The position numbers were made by a program, and so were the translations under genes. Positions 1-8,400 of a stretch of 64,000 bases of DNA are shown in pieces. This DNA is from Candidatus Cloacimonadota bacterium (GTDB taxonomy: Bacteria; Cloacimonadota; Cloacimonadia; G963667145): the NCBI GenBank assembly GCA_963667145.1, contig OY762943.1:1236251-1300250 (forward strand). The letters run 5' to 3'. The notes beneath the pieces were generated by a model, which was not told the origin of the DNA, made no database searches, and saw nothing but the letters and a program-made list of their open reading frames with translations. Position 1 is the first letter of the stretch; every line of letters begins with the position of its first letter.

Positions 1-881
1 TGTGAAAAAACCGGTGCTATCAGAACGTAAAGAAACATATTCAAAATGGTAAGAGAAAGATTGCCAGTATGTGAAATTAGCAAAATGGCAACGGGAACGA
101 TGAAAAAAGAAAAGCTGTTGATTAGCACAATATATAACGACATCGGTGTTTGCCACAGGTTGGTGTATTTCATCACCATTTTTTTGTACCTGATGATGCT
201 GTTATAAAAATTTTTGAACGAATAGACTGTTTGTTGAAACACCTTTACTACGGGAATCCCACGAACATACTCCACTGCTTCGGTATTCATATCTTCCAAA
301 GAATCCATATACAGTTGCAAAAACTTTCGACCTTGAACACCCATCATGAAACTCATTATTCCCATTGAAATAACTATCGGCACAAGACAAGCGATTCCCA
401 GTCGCCAATCGAAAGCAAAAATTAGCACTCCTGCTGTTATGGGCATCACGATAGTTGCCGCAAAATCCGGCATTTGATGAGCCAGAAAGCTATGAGTAAT
501 GCTAGCATTGTCGTCAATAATTTTGCGAATGCGTCCAGTGGTATTGTTCTCAAAAAAACCGAGAGGCAGGCTTACCAATTTTGTCATAGCTCTTTTGCGG
601 ATATTTGTTTCCGCCCGAAATGCTGCCAAATGGGACAAAGACAAAGCCGCAAAATAAATTAACACGCTGGCTATGGCAAATCCTGTTGCCCACAGTGCAT
701 AGCTTTGTATCATCGAATGGGACGAGGCACTTTTGCCAATCAGAAATTCCCGAATGATGAACCACACCAAAACAAAGGGAACCATTCCCGACAAGGCACT
801 CAATCCAGAGAAAAACAGAGACAGTGGGAAAAGCAGTTCCCGTCCGCTCATATAGACTTTCAACCTCGATAAAGTTTTCAT
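1..881 (-). CDS. ABC exporter, transmembrane domain (partial). The N-terminus lies inside the window and the C-terminal part with the NBD runs off the left edge.
   Basis: The reverse strand reads from ATG at 881-879 as a coherent about 290-aa multi-TM sequence (MKTLSRLKVYMSGRELLFPLSLFFSGLSALSGMVPFVLVWFII...FENNTTGRIRKIIDDNASITHSFLAHQMPDF...) typical of the ABC_membrane/type I exporter fold. It is absent from the ORF track because no stop codon occurs inside the window. The small track ORFs 150..368, 202..408 and 550..765 are in other frames. Confidence 0.6.
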   Translation of the reverse strand, partial: MKTLSRLKVYMSGRELLFPLSLFFSGLSALSGMVPFVLVWFIIREFLIGKSASSHSMIQSYALWATGFAIASVLIYFAALSLSHLAAFRAETNIRKRAMTKLVSLPLGFFENNTTGRIRKIIDDNASITHSFLAHQMPDFAATIVMPITAGVLIFAFDWRLGIACLVPIVISMGIMSFMMGVQGRKFLQLYMDSLEDMNTEAVEYVRGIPVVKVFQQTVYSFKNFYNSIIRYKKMVMKYTNLWQTPMSLYIVLINSFSFFIVPVAILLISHTGNLSLTILNMFLYVLIAPVFS

Positions 882-1036
882 ATTAAAGCTCCTTTTTACA
901 TCTCTTTCTATAAGAAAGATGCTGTATTAAATCTTACTTTTAAAAACAAACATTGTTCTTTTGAGAGAAAGAATAAATCCCCAGTAATTTTGTCAACTTA
1001 AAAAAAAGAACAGTGTTCTGAAGAGAGGAAAAATTT

Positions 1037-1654
1037 TTACTCTGGAATCTCCATGACCTTTTTCCAACCGGCAACAGAGTAGTTCATATATTCGCTCACG
1101 AACCTCTCGAGTTCAGCACCTGACAAGTCGTGCATAACCAATTCGGCAACACTGCTGATGAACCACGAACTCATCGTGTGAATGAAAAATTCCGAAACAT
1201 TATTGTTAATAGAGGGGTATTTTTGCTTCGCCAATTCGATGAATCTTTTTTCGGTTTGAGTATGAATTTCGATACATTTCTCGCGATAATCTTCGAGTTT
1301 TGAACCAGCGGATTTAAAAAAAAGCAAGCGAAACTCTTCTTTAAATTTGTCCACAAGCTTGATGAACATTTTTATCTGTTCCCGCACATACTTTTCCGTA
1401 TCGTTAATGAAGAGGTCGAGGTCATCAAAGTTGTTGCTCCGCTCTATCATATTTCCCAAGGCAGTAAGCACATCAGCAACAATCTCGCGGAAAATCTCGT
1501 CCTTATTGCGAAAATAGTTGTAGATATTGCTCAAGTTCACTTCGCCCTTCTTGGCAATCGTCCGCATGGAAGTACCCTTGAAGCCATTTACGATAAATTC
1601 CTTGCGAGCAATCTCTAAAATTTTCCGCCTAACACTATTTTTTTGTACTTGCAT
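1037..1654 (-). CDS. TetR/AcrR family transcriptional regulator
   Basis: 205 aa. The N-terminal HTH (RRKILEIARKEFIVNGFKGTSMRTIAKKGEVNLSNIYNYFRNKDEIF) is a canonical TetR_N. It lies directly upstream of, and co-directional with, the ABC exporter gene. Confidence 0.85.
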   Translation of the reverse strand: MQVQKNSVRRKILEIARKEFIVNGFKGTSMRTIAKKGEVNLSNIYNYFRNKDEIFREIVADVLTALGNMIERSNNFDDLDLFINDTEKYVREQIKMFIKLVDKFKEEFRLLFFKSAGSKLEDYREKCIEIHTQTEKRFIELAKQKYPSINNNVSEFFIHTMSSWFISSVAELVMHDLSGAELERFVSEYMNYSVAGWKKVMEIPE

Positions 1655-1795
1655 TTTCTTTAATTCTCACCTCTTAGCTATGTTACAAAAAATATAGATT
1701 TCTCCAATTTGTCCATTTTTTTGTGAAATGCACCAAGAAGACAGATGGTAGATTGTGCTAATTTATTAGCTGAAACAGAAGAAATATCGAAATTA

Positions 1796-2830
1796 CTACT
1801 TCATTATATGCACATTTTCGGCTTTTATGTGAGCGAAAATTTTGCCATCTTTTTTTAATTCGTGATAGTCGATTACGTTTTTGTTCACGGTTAAAGAGAG
1901 TTTAAAATTTTCTTTCTGCAGTGTCAAATCGACCTCCGTGCCTTTCACATCAACCTTACTCAACGTACATTCCAAGGCATTATCCATGTTCTCTCTTTTG
2001 CGAGAAATAAAAACATTTTCTGGACGAATGGCAATGTTCACTTGGTTGCTGTTGGATTTTTCTGTAGAAAGAAATTTTGCACCATCACATTCGTATGAAT
2101 ACAGATTCCCAATTTTGCGGAAATATTTAGCTTCCAAAAAAATTGTGTTAAGAAAATTTGCGATGAATGGAGTTTTCGGCTTGCAAAAAAGATTTTCGCA
2201 CGTGTCGAATTGCAGGAGATTTCCGTCTTGGATGAAAGCGATTTTGTTCGCCAAATTTTTCGCATCAGCGATGTCGTGCGTGATGAGAATCACCGTGATG
2301 CCAAACTCAGTGGAAATGTCGTGCAACACCTTACGCATACATTTTCTGGTGAGCGTGTCCAAGCTGCTGAATGGCTCGTCCAAGAGCAGAAGTTTCGGTT
2401 TGGCAGCAAGAGCTCTGGCAAAAGCGACTCTCTGCTTTTCTCCACCTGATAGTTTCTTCGGCTTTCTATTGAGCAAGTGCGTAATGGTCAGCTTTTCGGC
2501 GATTTTGTGAATGACGCTTTTGTCTCTATTCTTCAGCCCGTAATCAATATTCTCGTACACGCTCATATGCTCGAAAAGAGCGTAATTTTGGAAAACCACA
2601 CCGATGTTACGGTCTTGTATTCGCTTTTTGGTTATCTCCTCTCCGTCTAACAAAATTGAACCGTTGTGTGGATTTCTGAACCCAATAATGAGGTCGAAAA
2701 TGGTGCTTTTCCCTGCTCCAGAGGGACCGATAATCGTCAAAAAATCTTTTCGCTCCAGTTGAAAATCGATGTTTCTCAGAGCGAAATTTTCGTACTTTAT
2801 AGTTAGATTGTTCACTGAAAGGAAACTCAA
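1796..2830 (-). CDS. modC: ABC importer ATP-binding protein with C-terminal TOBE domain (ModC/WtpC/CysA family; molybdate/tungstate-type)
   Basis: Walker A GPSGAGKST, signature LSGGEKQRVAFARAL, Walker B LLLLDEP, and a C-terminal transport-associated OB region of about 110 aa. It overlaps the upstream permease gene by 4 bp. Confidence 0.8.
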   Translation of the reverse strand: MSFLSVNNLTIKYENFALRNIDFQLERKDFLTIIGPSGAGKSTIFDLIIGFRNPHNGSILLDGEEITKKRIQDRNIGVVFQNYALFEHMSVYENIDYGLKNRDKSVIHKIAEKLTITHLLNRKPKKLSGGEKQRVAFARALAAKPKLLLLDEPFSSLDTLTRKCMRKVLHDISTEFGITVILITHDIADAKNLANKIAFIQDGNLLQFDTCENLFCKPKTPFIANFLNTIFLEAKYFRKIGNLYSYECDGAKFLSTEKSNSNQVNIAIRPENVFISRKRENMDNALECTLSKVDVKGTEVDLTLQKENFKLSLTVNKNVIDYHELKKDGKIFAHIKAENVHIMK

Positions 2831-3603
2831 AACTTCACCTCAATCTTTTCTATTAAATATATGGTAACAAAGGAGATAAGTATGAGCAAAACTCCAGCAC
2901 TAATCGCCATGTCGATGTTCCCATAGGACAGGTTTAAGTAGAGAGTAATGGGGAGCGTTTCCGTTTTCATGTAAGTTCCACCAGCGAGGATTAGTATCGC
3001 TCCAAAGCTTCCAATGGAACGGGTGAACGCCAAAACAGTTGCTGCTAAAAGTCCATTCTTTGCCAGTGGCAACGATATTTTTGTGAAAGTGGTGAAATAT
3101 CCGTGTCCCAAGCTGTACGAAACCAATTCCTGATGTTCGTCGATGTAGTCGAAAGTCGATTTGATAGTCTTTACGGAAAAAGGCAACGCCGTGAAAAATT
3201 GTGCTACGACTATTCCCAGCTTGGAGAAAATTACGGAAATGTTGAAAAAATTCAAAATAGCGACCACGCTATCTAATCCAAAAAAGAGCAACAGGCATAG
3301 CCCCAGTAACACTTGCGGAAACGCTATGGGTAAATCTATCACCGCTTTGACGATTTTGCTACCGAAAAATTCAAATCTCGACAAACTGTAGCCGATGGGA
3401 ATTGCGAAAAGCATAACCAAAAAAGTAGAAGTTAATCCCGTTAAAAACGAAAGTTTTATGGAGAAAAGTATCTGTGGGTCAGTGAAATTTTTCACCATAA
3501 CAGCCGGATTTATCAAGAAGATGAACGAAAAAATCATCAACACGAAAGTTATGGTGAAAAAGTACGAAATTGTTAAGAATAAAGTTTTAAGCGGATTTCT
3601 CAT
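2827..3603 (-). CDS. modB: ABC importer permease (binding-protein-dependent inner-membrane component, ModB-like)
   Basis: 258 aa with six predicted TM segments. The conserved EAA-like loop region (TRSIGSFGAILILAGG) is typical of ModB/CysT permeases. Its start shares coordinate 3603 with the stop of the substrate-binding protein gene, suggesting translational coupling. Confidence 0.8.
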   Translation of the reverse strand: MRNPLKTLFLTISYFFTITFVLMIFSFIFLINPAVMVKNFTDPQILFSIKLSFLTGLTSTFLVMLFAIPIGYSLSRFEFFGSKIVKAVIDLPIAFPQVLLGLCLLLFFGLDSVVAILNFFNISVIFSKLGIVVAQFFTALPFSVKTIKSTFDYIDEHQELVSYSLGHGYFTTFTKISLPLAKNGLLAATVLAFTRSIGSFGAILILAGGTYMKTETLPITLYLNLSYGNIDMAISAGVLLILISFVTIYLIEKIEVKF

Positions 3604-4352
3604 TAATTTGCCATTTTAAAATTCCATTTTTCCCAAACATCTTTTCTCTCTTTCAGATATTTATTAAATTTCTCCGCCAGTTCTTTGTTTTTCGATTTTT
3701 TGGTAATCGCGGACGGCACAGTTTTAATCACGTTCTTCTCAATCGGAATAGTCTTGATTTTGCCTTGGCTCTCAGCCCAAGAAGCCATATCTTCCCAAAT
3801 AATAGTAGCGTCAACAGTTTTTTGGGTAATGTAGATTAGCAGTTGATTTACAGCTGCAGTCTCCACAGAAACATTTTTCCTCACATCGTCATAAATCTCG
3901 TTTTTTTGGAAAATCATCTTGGATAGCTTGCCAATCGCTGGACCTTTCTCTGCTCCGAGGGCGAGTTTGACGCCTTTTCTGGCAAAATCTTTGATGCTCT
4001 TAATTTTGGCAGGATTATCAGCAGGTATGGCTATCACGGGAATATGAAGCACAATTTTTTGGACGCTTGGCTCAACAATCCAGCCTTTTTTTATCATATC
4101 GTTGAGAGCCTTTTCGCTCCCTGGCACGTATACATCGCAGGGCTGCCCGGCAACGTAGCGACCGTAAAGATTGCCTGAGCCGTCATAGTAAACATCAATT
4201 TTCGCGTCGAACTTCTTCTCAAAATCTTGGATTATCTCGTTCATCGGTTTGATGAGCCCAGCTCCCGAGAAGACGGTCAGATTACCTTTTCCCCATAACA
4301 TTGACAAAGAAAGTGCAAATAGCAGAAACATTTTTTTCATTTTCATCTCCAT
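3603..4352 (-). CDS. modA: Periplasmic molybdate/tungstate-binding protein (ModA/WtpA family). The start is chosen at MEMKMKKM; the track ORF extends to 4418.
   Basis: Signal peptide MKMKKMFLLFALSLSMLWG. The motif LTVFSGAGLIKPMNEIIQDFEKKFDAKIDVYYDGSGNL...DVYVPGSEKALNDMIKKG parallels E. coli ModA (ITVFAAASL...ADLFISAD). It is the first gene of a modABC-like operon on the minus strand. Confidence 0.75.
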   Translation of the reverse strand: MEMKMKKMFLLFALSLSMLWGKGNLTVFSGAGLIKPMNEIIQDFEKKFDAKIDVYYDGSGNLYGRYVAGQPCDVYVPGSEKALNDMIKKGWIVEPSVQKIVLHIPVIAIPADNPAKIKSIKDFARKGVKLALGAEKGPAIGKLSKMIFQKNEIYDDVRKNVSVETAAVNQLLIYITQKTVDATIIWEDMASWAESQGKIKTIPIEKNVIKTVPSAITKKSKNKELAEKFNKYLKERKDVWEKWNFKMAN

Positions 4353-4412
4353 GTGTTTTCTTTCGTTATTTTTTTGGAAACATATCGCTGTCAAGAACTT
4401 TCTTTTCCAACT

Positions 4413-4745
4413 AAACAACTCTTTAACTTATTCGTCTTGCTTTTGTGCTCGGGGTGGCTCAACTCTGAACACCAAAGAGGAGCAGTCTTGAATATCCATC
4501 TATTAAATGTAAAGCCAACTTACTTCAATAGCTAAACTTATAGAGTACACGGGAGCGACCACACTTTATTCTCTGCTGGCGACTCGCAACGACTGCTACT
4601 ATGTGGGCAGAGCGGACTTTTCTGGTTCGTCTTTTCGTCCGTCCGAAAAGATGAACACCTCTCTGTAAGAGGATATCCCTACCCTTGCTCTTACTGGATT
4701 CCCGTTTTCACGGGAATGAGGGTGTTTGGAGATTTTGGCTTCCCA
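4413..4745. repeat. Copy 1 of a roughly 330-bp non-coding element that is tandemly duplicated (see copy 2)
   Basis: About 95% identical to 4996..5325 (caactctttaacttattcgtcttgcttttgtgctcgg...gggaatgaggg). It contains the hairpin attcccgttttcacgggaat. The intervening 4746..4995 carries partial third copies of sub-motifs (aagcacaa, gggaatgagg, cacctcatgcctgcggaggcaggtatccatt) and an A/T hairpin cttctttttttcgccgtaaaaaaagaag. Confidence 0.8.
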
Positions 4746-4995
4746 CTTTTCAAGCACAATAGTGCTAAGCAAAAGATTAAAGTTGTGCTTGATAGACAAC
4801 GGGAATGAGGGGATAAGAAGCGTGTTGATGAGGGATGCTTGTAGGTGTGAGGAGTACAAGAATGAGAACCTCTTGGGGCTTCTTGCTTCTCTACACCTCA
4901 TGCCTGCGGAGGCAGGTATCCATTGCAATGTGCCTTCTTTTTTTCGCCGTAAAAAAAGAAGCAAAAAACCTCTAAATACAAAATCAAAAAGCTAT

Positions 4996-5430
4996 CAAGC
5001 ACAACTCTTTAACTTATTCGTCTTGCTTTTGTGCTCGGGATGGCTCAACTCTGAACACCAAAGAGGAGCAGTCTTAAATATTCATCTATTAAATGTAAAG
5101 CCAACTTACTTCAATAGCTAAACTTATAGAGTACACGGGAGCGACCACACTTTATTCTCTGCTGGCGACTCGCAACGACTACTACTATGTGGGGAGAGCA
5201 GACTTTTCTGGTTCGTCTTTTCGTCCGTCCGAAAAGATGAACACCTCTCTGTAAGAGGATATCCCTACCCTTGCCCTTACTGGATTCCCGCGTCCGCGGG
5301 AATGAGGGATGCTTGGGGCTTCTTGCTTCTCTACACCTCATGCCTGCGGAAGCAGGTATCCATTCTTGAATAGACCGCGAGAATGAGTGGTGCTTAGACT
5401 CTGGCGACTTCCCATAAAGGTCGCTATTCT
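4996..5430. repeat. Copy 2 of the tandemly duplicated non-coding element. It abuts the stop codon of the GLUG giant gene.
   Basis: Direct alignment with 4413..4745. It contains the perfect hairpin ttcccgcg-tc-cgcgggaa near 5296..5316. Confidence 0.8.
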
Positions 5431-8400
5431 CTATTCATACCAGCTATGTGCTGTACGGTTTAAATATACTTTATCAGGATTAGTGACATTATCAGGAATA
5501 TTCCAAGCAGAATAGCCCTTTATTCCACTATGCACTAGCGTCTCATAAAAAGTACTTCGAGTAGGGTAAGATTTATTATAAGTTGAAGGTGTAATACTAT
5601 AACTTTTGGATCCATCTAAATAATCACCTCCATCCGCAATTTCAAAAGAAGAACAGGTACTTGAAAGATGATTTGCTATATAACTCATATAATGAAGCTG
5701 AGGAACGTAAATACCACCCATAGAGACATAATATTGATATACAGAACTAATGTTCAACAATTCGTCCGGCTTGTCCGGCAAACATGCTAATTTCAAATAG
5801 ATAGCAATATTTGTAAGATTGGAAGAGGGGATATACCCAAAAACACCTGCTACAGTACCACCGTCTGAATACATGTTATAGCCACTATCTAGGTATACGG
5901 CCAATCTTTCCCCAGAAACATTATATACCAATCCTCCTATAGCTCCAACACAATCGGTATAAACGGGATTTCCATAGGGAACTTGATTGAGAGAAATTCT
6001 ATCAGAGTAAATATAAGCGTTTTTAACATAAATATCTTCAAAGTAAATGGGATCCCTACCATTAGGCAACGAAGATCTAGTCCGAGAACTAATCAAACTC
6101 CCAAAATGGCGAGGATACGGATCACCATGGGACACATAAGTTCTATGAAAAAAGTCCACCTCCAGCTTGCTTATACTGAGGCTAACATCTGGTGCATGGA
6201 TAATGCCTTCGTATTCAGAAATAGTATTGCTAATATTTTTGTATCCGTCTATGCTGTGTCCATTTCCGTAAAAATTGTTTGGAGAGGTCATGGAAGTGCT
6301 AACATTGGCAAATCCAAAGAGGCTATTTTTTGCGGTGCCAGCTGTAGAGCCATTTAAGTCAACAGACCAAAAGGTAGCACTTTCACTTCCTTCTTCCAAC
6401 AAAATATCTGTATAGAGTTTAATGTTAGTATTGTTCACATAAACTCCAGGACCATCAGTATTGGCGAAGAGGATTTGCGGAGTGAAGACAGAAATTTCTG
6501 ATGTAAAATAATTTCCTGGCGTATAGCCGTCAATCAAGTACTTTTCGTATTCAAATCCACGAGCTTGACCCATGTTGTCAATATCGTCACTACGGCTTTG
6601 TAAAAAAGTAAGACAGGGGTAATATTTGCTATTCGCTCTGCTGATATCCCAGTCGAAAGCATTAAACCCAATGTCAGTCCAAAAACTAGCATTATTATAG
6701 AGTTTGGGAGTAACTGTTTTGGGTGGTTCACTGCCTGCATAGAGATTCTCACCATTTTTTAAGCCAGTGCTAACGTTTCCTGTGCCTTTGTTATAATCAC
6801 TATTGTTCCAGTTAATCCCGAAGCGTTTATGATAATACTTGATATAAGTTTCCACCCAGCCATAGTTATTACTCAGAGATCCACTAGCGTTAGTGCCAAC
6901 TATCCTGCCAAGTCTGCTATTATCTCCATTTTTGGCATATTTTGCTTTAATATCAAAATAATTTATCATCGCTACACAGTTTTTTATATCGCCTGCACCG
7001 TTATAACCTACTATCCCTCCGATATATCCCGAAGAAGTACTGGTGATGTCACTTTTTATGGTAGTGCCAGAGACCAAGCAACAGCTAACCTCCCCTCCTG
7101 AATATCCAACGATACCTCCGAAGTTGGAACCACCTGACATATAGAGAGTTGCACCGTCCACATGAGAATTGGTGATTTTGCAACCCGCAGAACCAACTAT
7201 GCCTCCTGTTTGGGAACCACCTGTGATAGAAGTGTTTTTAATTACAGCACATGAATGGATATATTCCCCTCCAAACTCTCCAACGATGCCTCCTGTAGCT
7301 CCCTCCAAGGTGTTGGTGGTTTTGATAGTACAATTGGATACAAAACTACTACTGATTTTACCGCTCCCATATCCAACTAATCCACCTAAATACTTGTACT
7401 TACCAGAAAAGTTTTTTCCCACCACAGAACAACTTTCCATAGTTCCTGTGAAATATCCAGCAATGCCACCAAAATAAGTTCCTTCTATCATAGACAAAGT
7501 GTAGTTTGCTCCAACATGCACATTGGAAATTGTGGCATTTGTTATATACCCAGCGATGCTACCAATGCCATTATCACTAGTCCCTGTAACAGTAACGGAA
7601 ATTTTATCACTATTATCATTAATATTAATATTAATATTTTTTACAGAGTTTCCCTTAAAATATCCCACCAATCCTCCGCCATAGTTCTTGGCACTAACTG
7701 TAATGTTAGATTTTAGAGTGATATTGTCGAGGTAACTGTTACTCCCCTCGCAATATCCAACTGCTCCGCCTCCAGAACCATTTGCGGAAGAAATGACTAC
7801 GTTAGTTATGGTGTCACGGAGGCCAGAGCCTGAACCCTTTCCATATATTCCTCCTGCGTCACTGTCAATTCCCGATGATTGAATAAAGAGACTGTCCACG
7901 GAACAGTCGGAAGCAAGACCTCTAAAATATCCTGCCAAGCCTCCGACCTCGTTTTTCCCTATAATAGTCGAAGAGTCTACTTTGCAATTGGTAATATTTC
8001 CATCTATAAGTCCTGTTAAGCCTCCTGCTTTCTCGTCTGCTTCTACTCTAATCTTGGAAACCTTAGCATTGGAAATGTTGCCATAATACACCCAGGGACA
8101 TAAGCCACCAGCATCGCCTTTTACGGAGGTTATAATGGCTCTTGTTACGGAGGCGTCATCTATTCCTCCATTTGAATCTCCATATCCGTATAAACCACCT
8201 GCATAATTGTTGTTGGCTGTGACTATTAAACTATCTGCGTAGCATTTGTAAATAGTGCCAGTAAACCATCCTGCTAAACCTCCGACGTTGTTATATCCCG
8301 TGATAGTGGCAGAATCTATGGTACAATTGGAGATATTTACGCCTGTGGCTGCAGTTAAACCTCCTGCTCGCTCTTTTGCATCTACTCTAACTTTGGCAAC

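Noticed and set aside
150-765. Small track ORFs 150..368(+), 202..408(-), 474..662(+) and 550..765(-)
   Set aside because: They lie inside the partial ABC exporter gene, which reads cleanly in a different minus-strand frame and is missed by the track only because its stop lies beyond the window edge.
4249-5341. Track ORFs 4249..4491, 4353..4535, 4726..5121, 4599..4964 and 5111..5341 in the duplicated non-coding element
   Set aside because: Two of them share an identical C-terminal tail (QLFNLFVLLLCSGWLNSEHQRGAVLNIHLLNVKPTYFNS) simply because the DNA is duplicated. They have no RBS and no coding-like composition. They overlap each other on both strands.
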